Below are positions 40,970 through 53,525 of a DNA stretch of 64,000 nt, piece after piece. The translations under genes and the position numbers were made by a program. How positions within the stretch are numbered: position 1 is the stretch's first letter; every line of letters starts with the position of its first letter. The stretch comes from Eledone cirrhosa (Eukaryota), in contig OZ024743.1 of assembly GCA_964016885.1 (NCBI GenBank), positions 230,702,001 through 230,766,000 of the forward strand, in the 5' to 3' direction. The notes beneath the pieces are model-generated. The model made no database searches and was not told the origin of the DNA. It worked only from the letters and a program-made list of their open reading frames with translations.

Positions 40970-43900
40970 TGCAAACATCACCAACAACAACAAGTGAAAG
41001 AGTGGAGCTGGTACCCCTCCCCGACCTCACAGAATCAAACATGGTGTGTGAGGTGGGAGAGGGATGGCAAAAGGTCGTAAGAAGGCACAAACGCAGAATC
41101 AGCGCATCGTCGCCTTTGAAAAGGGAGGAAAGAAATGAGAAAAGGGTAAAGTCTACTGCAAAGAGACCCACAGCAGCAACACCACCAACACCATCACCAT
41201 CCACACTAGCACCACCATCACCACCGGCGACAACCCCACCGCCAACAACACCTTCAACACCACCACCACAAGCACCAACATCGCAAACACAACAACAAAA
41301 CACACACACCCAGCAACAACGACAAGAAAATAGCAGAACCACACCCCACCCCCAGAAAAACAAATGCACGGCAATAAATACACACAACAAGAAACTAATG
41401 ACTTACATAATTGAACACACAGACATTTCACAACAGGACTACATAATACCAGCACCAATCAAAACGCCAACTAACATAAGACTGCTAAAAATAGCACAGA
41501 AACAATACACAAACATTAAAACGAAATTCCCCAACGCAGTTGGTGATTTCAGGGACCTAGGAGGAACCATCAATCGAAGAGTATATTCAGACATTCTCTT
41601 AGAAGAGCCGACGACCAGCCGAAGGGACGATTCAACGGTCCCTTCACCAGACGATCAAGTGAAAAGGGATGTAAAAACCATCCCTCCTCTACCAAAAGTA
41701 CGGTAAGTGGTCTTTCCCATCTTTTCCACTCTATTTTAAACATGACCTCACTCAGAATAGGCAGCATAAATGCGCGTGGCTTGGGGTCGTCATGGAAGCA
41801 GGGTCACCTGCTCAACGACCTCAGGTCACTAAACATAGATGTAGTGGCCATCAGCGAGACCAGAATCTCCGAAGCACGGGCCTTCGCACCGATCTTCGGC
41901 GGCTAAGATGTGTACGCATCTCCCAGCCGTCCTGGATCGGGTGGAGGAGTTGCTGTGCTTTTTCGGAGAGGTTTGGATCTCGCCATACGGGCCATCTTCC
42001 TGGACCCAGAGGGTAAGCTGGTGGTGCTGGACGTGACCAGCGGAGACGGGCAAACTTTCAGGCTAGTGGCCGTCTATGCCCCGACAGGAGCAGGGCGGCC
42101 TGATTTCTTCCGGCGTCTGGAGACCTTTCTTGGAACGTCCCGCTCTTTAGTGTTAGTGGGCGACTGGAACGGGATCTTAGATGCACGCTGGGACTGGGAC
42201 TGTGTGGGATTAGCGGATAGGGGTGGAGGGTGCAAGAGCCTCACCAACCTGCTCAGGCGTTTTGAACTGTCTGACAGGTACCGATTGGATTTCCCGAATG
42301 CGCCAATGTGGACTTGGACAAATCGAATAGGGTTATCCAGATCATATGTAGATAGAGTATTTTGTAGGGAAATAGATAGGTCTAGCATAGGCTGTCCACA
42401 ATTCAAGATAGTCAGCTACACGGACCACAAATTCGTGATCTGTGTGCTTGACTTAGATAGGCTTCATAGACGAGGACCCGGCTACTGGAAGCTAAACGCG
42501 TCCTTACCAGCGCGCAAGCCCTACAGAGACGGATTAGCGAACTAGTTAAGCGGGCGTTGACGGGGGCCATCGTCAACAACAAGTGGTGGTTTGCTCTGAA
42601 AAGAGCGATTAGAATAGAATCCATTAGGTTTAGTAAGGCTTTAGCAATAGAGAAAAATAGAGCAGAGCGAGAACTAGTTAGAAAATTAGACGAGGCGCTT
42701 AGCAAAGGCATTGCGACCGACGTGCTTGCGGCGAAATTGGCCCTTGACCAATTCTTCAATGCAAAGCACGAAGGCTGCGTTGTCAGAGCAAGGGTGCGTG
42801 CTCTCAGACACGAGGGGACGAAAGCCGTTCAATGGGCCCGAGTGGCGGAGGCGCCTCGTGGCAACAAAGCCACGATCCGGTCTTTGGTGGAACACGACGG
42901 GCGCATGCTACTCGATCCCGGACAAATGTGTGAAGCTTTTCAGCGACACTTCGCTCAGCTGTTCGGGGGCAGCGGTGGGCCGGGTCGAGGGATGGACTTT
43001 AGTGTCCACCTCGACGGACTGCCGCGGCTCTCGGCCACTGAGGTGAAGTGTTGCGAAAAGCCGATAACAGCCGCTGAAGTAAGGGAGGCAATGACTGGCT
43101 GCAAAAGGGGTAAATCGCCTGGTTGGATGGTCTGCCCTATGAACTTTACCTACAGATGCCAGACTTGTTCGGAGGCCTCTTGGAGGACGTCTACTGCAAC
43201 TGGCAACAGAACGGGAGAATTCCCAGTTCTGTGAGCCGAGGAGCGGTGGCACTGCTGAGAAAGGATCCGAACAAGGGGATAACATAGAAAATTTCCGGCC
43301 CATAACTCTGCTAAACACAGAGTTTAAGATTTTGGCCAAGGTGCTAGCAAAGAGGTTGGCGCTTGTCGTTGGTGGTCTGGTGGGAGAGGCGCAGACATGC
43401 GCCATTCCCGACAGATCCATCCACGACAACCTCCACCTCATGCGATACATCGTAGAGAGGGTAGCTAGGGAACCTGGCACGGGTGGGTCCTTGATCAATT
43501 TAGATCAGTCGAAAGCTTTCGATAGGGTCGACCATCGTTACCTAGCGGCAGTCCTGATGGTGGCTGGCTTTGGGCCCGTCTTCAGAGGCTGGATCGCTGC
43601 CATGCACAGCGACATCTGCTCTGTGGTGTAGTGAACGGTCCCCTGTCGGAACCGTTCAACATCATGCGCTCGGTCCGCAAAGGATGTCCCCTCTCGTCCC
43701 TCTTGTACGTATTGACTCTCGAGCCATTACTGCACAAACTGGAGACGTTGAGGGGCGTCCCGCGCGAACTAGGATGCGGAAGATCCGTATCAGCATATGC
43801 GGACGATGTCACCGTAGTGGTGTCGAACGCCAAACACATCGAGGCGATCGGCACTACACTAAGAGAATACGAAGCGGTGAGAGGAGCAATGATCAACCAG

Positions 43901-45422
43901 GAAAAGTCAGTGGGCCTGCAGCTCGGCACCTGGAGAGGCAGGTCCATGCCGTCCAACAGCGTCGTCGGACGCTGGACGGACGGACCGGTTAAATTGCTAG
44001 GGGTCTGGTTCGGTCCGGACCTCCAGACGGACAAAAACTGGGACGAGGTGACGAGCAGGGTGGCTTCTCTCACCCAGAAATGGGCGGAGAGGAAGCTATC
44101 CCTGAAAGGTCGAGCGGAGGTGGCTAACGCGTACATCGCGTCTGTCATCTGCTACCGCCTAACCGTCGTACCTTGTCCTAAGCCTCCTTGACTGCGCTGG
44201 AGCGTTTGCTCTTTCGCTTTTTGTGGAAGGGACGTGCTCCGATGGTCAGGCGGTCCATCTGTTGTCAACACCCGCTACGTGGAGGGCTGGGCATGCCGTG
44301 GCTGATGATGCGCAGGCACGCGCTCAGGCTACGACATCTCCACCTCTTCCTCGACGGTGATCAGGTGTGGTCGCCGTTTGCTAGACGCGTTTTTCCCCAG
44401 CTCGTTTCCTTGACGGAGCTGCAGTCCTGGGTCAAGCGAAGACCGAGAGGGAGCGCCTGGAGACTGGAATGTCTTCAGGCGCTCACAGCCCTCGACCAAT
44501 CGGGCAATGTGATCGGTGGAAACTCCACCTCGGCGTTCTATAGAGGATTAGTGGAGGGGAAGAGCGACGACGTACTTGGGGAAACTCTAGGCGTCGACGA
44601 AAATCAACTAGCCAATTTCTTCGGAAGAACTTTCGGGCCAGGGCCTATGGACAACTTCCAGAAATCTCTGGCCTGGCAGTGCTACCGAGGAGCCTTGCCA
44701 GTTCGGGATAAACTCTACAGGCATGGAGGTGCCGTCAGCCGGGCATGTCCGAGATGCGCGCAGGGCGACGAAACCGTCCTGCACGCACTCGTCCAGTGTC
44801 CGAAAATTGCTGACTTGTGGGTTTATGTCGAACACCTGCTGTCGCGTTTAGGACGGATCCAGCTATCATCTGAGTCTATCGTGAGGATTGCCCCGCTTTC
44901 CTCCTTTAGCCGGGAAGGGCAGGCAGTTTTTATCTGTCTGGTGGCCATGGCGAAAGAGATAGTATGGTGGACACGTTTGAAAGGGCTGAAGACGAGCACT
45001 TACCTCTTCGGTGATGCTCTGATTGACTTTTTTAAATTTCATTTGAAAAGGAAAATCAGAGTAGAGAAGGAAGTGCTCTCTTCCCAGCATTTTGTTGAAA
45101 GATGGGTGAGAGAAGCAAGAATGGCCCGAGTGAATGGGCCGACTCTGAGTATATATCTGTAAACTAAAGGTGGAAAACTGGGAGAGGGCACTTGCCATGG
45201 TGGTCAGGGTCATTGTGGCTTTTTACTGGGCTTTCTCCACAAATGTCCCTCCGAAGTCCCCCCCCTATTGGGGAATTTTTCATTGTTATTTTCATTGTTA
45301 TTTTTGTTACATCCTCTGTTTTTGTTTTTTTACACGCAGAAATGCCCATTTGTACCGTCCTGCATTGTCCTGCACTGTCCTTAATGTCTACTTCATGTAA
45401 ACCCTTGTGGTTAATAAAGAAA

Positions 45423-45453
<31 letters not shown>

Positions 45454-45470
45454 GATTATTATGATTATTA
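40970..45470 (+). mobile_element. Tx1/L1-clade LINE copy C (A-subfamily) from mid-ORF1 to (TTA)n tail
   Basis: Begins TGCAAACATCACC, matching copy A at ~31187; ORF2 41742-45162 with intact YADD but frameshifts; AATAAA then (TTA)n. Confidence 0.9.
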
Positions 45471-45486
45471 TTGTTGTAGTTGATCT

Positions 45487-46098
45487 TTGAGTCTCAGTCA
45501 TTGATGTTATTTAACTGGAAAGTTTGTTGAGATGAATATCAAGCCGCTACCTGCAGCCTCAGATATTCAGACGTATTGGAGGAAGTCTTTTGAAGTGTTC
45601 CAAAAAGCGGGGGTGGACTAATCTTCTTTAACCATCCTTGGAAACTCTTTGAGATCGTACCTAGTGCTTCTATGACAATCAGGACGAAATTGATTTCATG
45701 GCAGTTCCAGATGCTTTTTAACACCCACTTTAAATCCTGGTATCGGTTAATTTTCTGCCTCTCCTTTTCTTGCACTCTCGTATGAAATGGTCAGACTACA
45801 TCTACAATTAGGCCCGATCCTTTTTCCTTGTCCACACCGACCAGGTCAGGCCTGTTGTGTTCTAACTTCTTGTCCGTCTGTATCCCCAAATCCCATAGCA
45901 CCTTTACCTGATCATTTTCTATCACCGACGCTGGCTTATGCCCATACCACCTCACAGAATGTGGTAAATTGTTTACTTTGCATAGATGTCAGTGGATCAC
46001 CCTTCCTATCACGTAATGTCTCCAGCCTTTATAGTAAGTCTGGGCTAGGTGTTTACACTCGGATACAATGTGAGGCACATTCTCCTTTCTCTCTCTCT
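45487..46098 (-). mobile_element. R4/Dong-like copy 3 (3' fragment), tail-to-tail with Tx1-C in the same microsatellite
   Basis: ORF 45539-45775 (QEKERQKINRYQDLKW...); 3' UTR matches 2570-2645; (TTA)n at both ends. Confidence 0.85.
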
Positions 46099-46112
46099 CT
46101 ATTATTATTATT

Positions 46113-46285
46113 CGGTGGATTGGCAGTGTCGGTAGAGTGTCGGACGCTATGCTTTCCAGCATAGTTACATCCCTTTACGATCCGAGTTCAAATCCCGCCG
46201 AGGTTGACTTTGCCTTTCATCCTTACGGGGTCGATAAAATAAAGTACCAGTAATGCACTGGATAATTGCTGGCCTATTGCCAAAG
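46113..46285 (+). mobile_element. Major SINE, full length
   Basis: A/B boxes, body and tail present. Confidence 0.88.
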
Positions 46286-46304
46286 GTAGAAACAATTATT
46301 ATTA

Positions 46305-46772
46305 CTTTTCTTCTGTACTTGCAGTACGGTTGTTTTGTCCTCGATTCCGACGAGGACAGACGCGGCCAGCCAAGAAGGGGCCATCCCGGGGGACTAGGAT
46401 CAGTTTTACCCTCACACATTTTTGTCTGCAGTAGTAGGTCACCAACACCATTCCTCGCTCCTAAGGGTTACTAAGGATTGAACCTTTTCCTCCTAGGGTG
46501 TAGCAAAAAGCACGTCCACGGTGGCATATTTCTTGCCCCGGGTGATATGCGTTTTCCTCTGTCACACAGACCCTAAGGCTTTTTGTATTTGAGCTTATGT
46601 GGCTCTTTCAACCCTACGTGATTTTGTGCTTACTATACGGTACGTGACCGTACAGTGCTGTTGGGTTTCGAAAAATTCTTCGGCTGCCTTGCAGATCGCT
46701 CGCTGACCGGTTTTCGTCACCATGTTCCTTGCTTCCTGTAATTCCTCATTTGTTATAAGGATGGTTTCCAGG
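46305..46772 (-). mobile_element. Internal fragment of Tx1-A-type ORF1
   Basis: Reverse complement matches ~30329-30800. Confidence 0.8.
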
Positions 46773-46921
46773 GGGTACCCAGAAACATTTGTGTCTGCAG
46801 TTCTGTTCGCATGCCAACATAAGGCAAGAATGAAGTGTTCTTTCTCCTGACATCCCTGGAATAATTTGAACCGTTAAGGTATAGTATCTTTGGTTATGTC
46901 AAATAATTATAAAACATTTTA

Positions 46922-46983
46922 TATTTTATCTGGTGATAGCGTACCAAAATATTTGGTACCCTTGAAATATATATAATAGAATA
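46922..46983 (+). ncRNA. Hammerhead of the 9061 family with a core mutation (CTGGTGA)
   Basis: TATTTTAT-CTGGTGA-tagcGTACCaaaatatttGGTACcctt-GAAAT-ATAT-ATA-ATAGAATA. Confidence 0.5.
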
Positions 46984-47654
46984 AATATGGTTTTATAAAT
47001 ATAGTTTCCATTTATTTAATATCAATGTATATAAATAAATAATAAAAGATAATAAAGAACAAGATTCTTAACTAATTTATTGCATTACAATTGTTCGGCA
47101 TTACAAGCGATTATTACGCAAATTTCAAGAAGATGGAATATATTTGCGTACAATACGAGTATAGAGGGAATCAATACCTCGTCAGAAGAAGTATAAGCAA
47201 AAAATAAAAAGATGAAAAACACAAAACTCGCTGATAGATCGAGCCATAGATAGTATATTTCAATATAACAGCCCAAATGGTCCAGATGTAATACTATGAT
47301 AAAACCGTTATAGCTACATCATAGGAACGCTAGCTGATCAACTAAAAAGAATTACGAAAATACAGAATTACTCAAGTGTGTAACTCTCAATGGGAAATAA
47401 CTGGTAGTAAACGGGGATTAGTGATCAAACAGACAAACACAATGGTACACACACACACCCACAGATTTGTATATAACGAAACACTTCTATTAAAACTAAA
47501 CGCACCATGAAAGTTATGTATAAACCCTTTTGTACAAGGACCCACACAGTTTAACATACACCTATACAAATAGGCCCACATAAAAAAGTAAACTAATTGA
47601 TGAATATGAATGTCAAAATACATAGATACACCTACAGATACACCCCCCCCCCCC

Positions 47655-47685
<31 letters not shown>

Positions 47686-48501
47686 TTATTCTGAACATTT
47701 GATTAGGCATACACAGTATTTAAGTCTTTAGACATCCTAATGAATGGAACAATTGTTAATACTGTAAATAAAACCCTATTTGTACTGTTGACCATGTTGT
47801 TCTTCACTCTTTCACTATATATATATATATATATATATATTCTTCTTCTCATTCTTTCTTCTCATGATGGACTAGCGTCCGAAACCTTAAGACCATCTTC
47901 CTGGTATTTCTAGCGTTAAAAAGTTAATATATTCCTTCCATACACTGTACCCTTTGTGTTATTATTTCTCTTTATATTTTACGAACATACACTACACACA
48001 CCCACACATATAGATAGATATGTTTCTTTATTAGCCACAGGGGCACAAAAGAAGGGGACAAATACAAAGAGGGAAGTTTACATACAATAAAAACGTGTAA
48101 AATACTATCACAAATGCAATTTTAAAATTAATTGATTTTCCCCAAAAAGGGAGACATCACATATGGGTAGATAGATAGATAGATAGATAGATAGAGAGAG
48201 AGGGAGAGGGAGAGAGAGAGAGGGAGTGAGTAAGTAAGTGAGTGAGTGAGTGAGAGAGAGACACAGAGAGAAAGAGAGAGTGAGAGAGAGAGATATTGGG
48301 AGGACATAGAAAATCTAGATTTTCTTCGGCCGCTCCTGGAAAATTCAATTTAGTGTAATATTGTATTGCATTTCCAGGATACGCCACGGCTTGAAAGCAC
48401 AGCCGGTGGAATGATGCGTGTAGGACAAAATAACGACATAGAAAACAAGCTAACAAATGTTGTAGTTTCCTACGAATACGAAGAAAAACAACACATGAGC
48501 A

Positions 48502-48887
48502 ATGAAATATTATCTTAACACTTGTGTATGTGTGAGTGTATGACATGAATTATTTAAATATTTACTGCATCTTAATCATAGATATTTATCGCACTGGTGG
48601 CAGCCGAGAATCGAACAAGCGCCGTTTCAACATCCTGTTGGAAATCAATGTTGGATGGTTAAATTCTGCTCATTCATCTAGCACTTTCTTCTCGACTACA
48701 GCTTTACAAATACAGTATTTTCAATAAAGGCAAATTGAAAATAACGATTTTAGCATGTATAGACTCCCGTTACAATTTTACTCTGTGTAAAAATTCGAGA
48801 ATTAATGAGAAATCTTCGCGACAGAAAGAATTAAGCTATTTAATTGAGACAAATCTCTTCTCGTTAATGCAACAAACATATTTAAAC
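48502..48887 (+). CDS. Tentative first three exons (48502-48531, 48582-48657, 48730-48887) of a small secreted host protein
   Basis: MKYYLNTCVC/GTGAGT..catAG/IFIALVAAENRTS..MLD-G/GT..AG/KLKITILACIDSRYNFTLCK..QQTYLN/GT. Signal-peptide-like start and consistent phases, but the introns are short (50 and 72 bp). Confidence 0.3.
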
Positions 48888-49154
48888 GTTTCTATGAAAA
48901 AGCATCTAAAATGTTTCCTTGAATTCCTATCTATTTATTTGGTTTCCGTTATGTTTTTATTGGGGTTATATCTTACTGTTTATTGATATTTTCTGTGTAG
49001 TTTGTTTGTTTATGTTTGTTTCTATCCGTGAAGGTATTAATGAGAAACTCTTAAAATGCTTTTATAAACAGAATATTAAGATTGAGACATTAAAATAGTA
49101 GCAGTATTAGCAGCAGCAAAACGACTACTACTACTACTACTGCTACTACTACTA

Positions 49155-49354
49155 CTAATAATAATAATAATTGTTTCTACTTTAGGCACAAGGCCAGCAA
49201 ATACCCAGTACATTACTGGTACTTTATTTTTCATCGACCCCGTAAGGATGTAAGGCAAAGTTAACCTCGGCGGGATTTGAACTCAGACTGTAAAGGGACG
49301 TAACTATGCTAGAAAGAAAGACGTCCGACTGTCTACCGATACTGCCAATCCACC
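49155..49354 (-). mobile_element. Major SINE fused directly to the 3' end of Tx1-D
   Basis: The minus strand reads ...CCCTTGTTGCCAA then GGTGGATTGGCAGTATCGG... Confidence 0.85.
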
Positions 49355-52300
49355 TTGGCAACAAGGGCCGACATATAGGGGACAATACAAAAAACTGGGA
49401 CAGTGGGGTTTTACAGAAACATCGAGTAAACAATATGAATAAATATAACAAAGTAACAAGAAAAATTCGCCAATAGGGGGATGACCACCCAGGGTTCGCT
49501 CAGGTACCCCACCAATCCTGAACGACCCGACGCTTCGAGAGCACCCTGGAAGGGCACCCCTCTCCTCCTCCAATTTACCCACCTACAGCCGCATGACCAG
49601 AGTAGGCCCACTCACACGGGCCATTCTCGCCACTTTCACCCATCTTTCAGCAAATGTACTAGGGGGCAGCACTTCTCTCTCCACCCTCACATTCTTTTCC
49701 AAGTGAAACTTGATAAAGTTTATGAGGGATTGGCCGAAGAGAAAAGTGTATGTCTTCAGTCCTTTCAACCTTGTCCACCATATAACCTCTTTCGCTACTG
49801 CCACCAGACAGAGGAACATTTCCTGCCCTTCCTGGCCAAAAGAAGGCGGCGGGTCGATCTTCACTATGGATTCGGCCGATAGCCGGATCCGGTCTACACG
49901 CGACAACAGCTGTTCGACATAACTCCACAAGTCAGTAATGCACGGACACTGGACGAGTGCGTGCAAAACGGTTTCGTCACTCTGCGCGCATCTCGGGCAG
50001 GTCCGTCTGACAGCACTTCCGTGCCTGTAGAGTTTATCTCGAACCGGCAGTGCCCCCCGTAGCACTGCCAAGCGACGGATGTTTGGAAATTATCCATCGT
50101 CCCCGGCTCGAAAGTCTTCCGGAACAGACTGGTTAGTTCGACTTCGTCGACTCCCAGAGCCTCTCCGAGTGCGTCCTCGCACCTGCCCACCACTAGTCCT
50201 CTATAGAACTCGAGAGTGGAAGTTCCACTGACCGCATTGTCCGCCTAGTATAGGGCCGTGAGTGTCTGGCAATATTCCAGATGCCAGTCACCCAGTCTCG
50301 GTCTCTTCTTGACCCAGAACTGCAGCTCAGTCAAAGAAACGAGCTGCGGGAAGGCCCGTCTGACAAACGGCGAACACACCTGCTCACCGTTTATGTAGAA
50401 TACCTAGAGACGACGCAGCCTCAGCGCGTGTCTGCTCAGGATTAGCCACGTCATGCCCAGCCCTCCACGTAGAGGGTGCTGGCAGCAGATGGACCGCCTC
50501 ACCACTGGAACCTGACCCCTCCACAAGAATTTGAAGAGGAGCCGCTCCAAGATGATGAGGCGTGAACGGGGGCAAGGGACGACAGTCAGGAGGTAGTAGA
50601 TGAGGGACGCGATGTTCGAGTTCCCCATCTCCGCTCGACCTTTCAGTGATAGCTTCCTCCCAGCCCATTTCTGGGTGAGACTGGCTACCCTGCCCGTCAC
50701 CTCGTCCTTGAGGGACTGATCGGGTGACCTGAAACGGTTCCGAGAGGTGGCCATTAATTTTGACAACCGAGCAGGTGCCGCTGTGCATTGCAGCGATCCA
50801 GCTTCTGAAGACGGGGCCGAAGCCAGCCGCCTTAAAGACAGCCTCCAGATACCGATGGTCGAACCTATCGAATGCTTTAGATTGATCTAAATTGATCAGA
50901 GCCCACCGAAGGCAGGTTTACACCCTACCCTCTCTATGATGTATCGCATGAGGTGGAGATTGTCGTGTATGGACCTGGCTCGGATTGCGCAAGTTTGCGC
51001 CAAAGAAACCAAATTCCCGACGACAAGCGCCAATCCCTTTGCTAACACATTGGCCAAAATCTTAACTATGTTTCAAGCAGTGTTATGGGCCTGAAGTTTT
51101 CTAATGTATCCCTCTTGTTCTTGTCTTTCCTTATCAGCGTCACCACTCCCCTGTTCACAGTACTGGGAATACTCTTATTCTGCTGCCAGTTGCAGTAGAG
51201 TGCTTTGAGGAGATCGGAGAACAAGTCTGGCATATTTACATAAAGCTCGTAGGGCAAGCCATCCAAACCGGGTCACTTGCGCCTCATGCAGCTGTCAAGG
51301 GCCTCCTGAATTTCGGCTGAAGTAACTGGCCTTTCGCAGCGCTCAGTGTCGATCCTCGAGATGCCCGGCAAGCCGTCAAGGTAGGGACTGAAATCCGCTA
51401 CTCTCTCTGACTCGCCACTCTCCCCGAACAACAGAGCAAAGTGCTGGCGAAAGGCCTCACACATCCGCTTGGAATCGCTTATCTCGTGTCCGTCTCGGTC
51501 CGCCAAAGACCGAATTGTGGTTTTATTACCACACTGTCCCTCCGCCACGCGGGCCCGTCGAACAGCTTTGGTTCCCTCTTTTCTCAGCGCACGCGCCTTA
51601 GCTCTGACAATGCAACCTTCGTGTTTCGCATGGAAGAAATGGTATAATGCCATTCTCGCCGCTAGCACGTCAGTTGCAATGCCACTACAAATAACCTCGT
51701 CTAACTTATCTACCAGCTCGCCCTCCTTACAATTTTTCTCTAACGCTAGTTCTTTGCTGAACTCTATCGAAGTTACTCTAATCTCTCTTTTGAGAGCCTC
51801 CTACCATCTGTTGTTGATGATCATCCTTGTCAACTTTTGCCTTACTAAATTGTTGACTCGGTCCCTGTAAGCCTTACGTGCCGGAAATTATATGTTCAGC
51901 TTCCAGTAACCCGGTCCTAACCTACGCGTTTTATCTAGGTAGACCGTACAGATCACAAATTTGTGATCTGAATAGGCGACCGTTTTAAAAGGTGGGCAGC
52001 CCACATTATTTCTATCTATTTTCCTAATGAAGATCCTGTCTATATACGATCTAGATGACCCCATTCGGTTGTTCCATGTTCCTACTGGCACATTGGGGAA
52101 ATCTAGTCGATACTTCTCAGACAGTTGGAACAGGCTTTCGCCCCCCCCCCCCCGCTCCTATCGGCTACTCCCACACAATCCCAGCGTGCTTCTAAGATGA
52201 CATTCCAGTCCCCCCGCTAACACTAAAGGACGAGACATACCCAGAGAGGTCACAGGCCCCTAAAGAAGTCCGGTCGTCCGGCCCCTGTAGGGGTGTAAAC

Positions 52301-52870
52301 GGCCAGCAGTCTAAAGGCACTACCTTTGCTACTGCTCAAATCCAAGACCACCAGCTTACCGTCCGGATCCCGGAATATCGACCTTACCTCGAGATCCAGT
52401 CCTTTCCTAAACAGCACTGCCACCACACCCATATTCCCGGCATGCTAACAGATGCGAAGATCCAATAGTCGTCGAAAATGGGAGCTAGTGCGCGCGTGTC
52501 GGAAATTCTGGTCTCGCTGACGTCAATCACATCCATTTCCAGCAAAATGAGGTCGTTGAGCAGGCGACCATGCTTCCAGGGTGACCCCAGGCCGCGAACA
52601 TTTAAACATCCTACTCTTAATATGGCCGTATCGGCAATCTAAAAGAGAGAGGGAAGGTTTACTTACCTCCCGGGGTCTTGTGAAGGTCGGGTGGTTCGAC
52701 GTACACTGTTGGTGGGGTTTCTTTTGGGAACCCCTTTATAAGTCTCGATGTGGGTTTCATATTCGGGGTACCCAAGTCTTGGGGAAAGCTCTCTCGAATT
52801 TCTTTGAAGGAATCAAGTGACATTCGGATCAGAAGCAAATCTTCTGGCATGCAAAATGTGCTCATTTCAA
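49355..52870 (-). mobile_element. 5'-truncated Tx1/L1-clade LINE, subfamily D, RT core deleted
   Basis: ORF1 end (..KTPGGK*) and APE/RT pieces (LGPGYWKLN, DGLPYELY, FRPITLL). A deletion at ~50707 joins RSVPQG to DEVTGRV, removing YADD. The 5' junction lies in a SINE (TTA)n tail. Confidence 0.88.
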
Positions 52871-53525
52871 AAATAATAATAATAATAATAATAATTGTTT
52901 CTACTGTATGCTCAAGGCCAGCAATTATCCAGTACATTACTGGTACTTTATTTTATCGACCACGTAAGGATGAAAGGCAAAGTTAACCTTGGCGGGATTT
53001 GAACTCAGACCGTAAAGGGACGTAACTATGCTAGAAAGCATGGCGTCCAACCCTCTACCGATACTGCCAATTCACCGCCTTAATAATAAAATATTGCTAC
53101 TGCTGCTGCTACTACAACTAGTACTTCTTGTATCAACCCAACTACCGGGAGGGGATTGGCAGTATCGGTAGAGGATCGGAGGCCATGCTTTACGGCCCTT
53201 GCCATTCTCAGATCAAATCCCGTCGAGGTTAACTTTGCCTTTCATCCTTACGGGGCCGATAAAACAAAGTAGCAGTAATGCACTGGGTATTTGCTGGTCT
53301 TGTGCGAAAAGTAGAAACAAGTATTACTCTTCGGTGGATTGGCAGTATCGGTAGCAGGTCTGACGCCATGCTTTTCAACCCGGAGTTACGGCCCTTTACG
53401 GTCTGAGTTAAAATCCTGCCGAGGTTAACTTTGCCTTTCATCCTTACAGGGTCGACAAAACAAAGTACCAGTAATGCACTGAGGTAATTGCTGGCCTTGT
53501 TCCAAATGTAGAAACAATTATTACT
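52871..53525. mobile_element. Three major SINE copies (52871-53080 minus; 53150-53325 and 53332-53525 plus)
   Basis: A/B boxes, body and tails present. Confidence 0.85.

Noticed and set aside
29562-45470. An active Tx1 element
   Set aside because: All copies have stops or frameshifts in ORF2; A has YADV, B has YADN, and C lacks its 5' half.
52633-52666. 28-nt GT..AG micro-intron fusing Tx1-D ORF1 and ORF2
   Set aside because: Too short for typical metazoan splicing, and the AG is absent from the spacers of A, B and C; only the donor is conserved.
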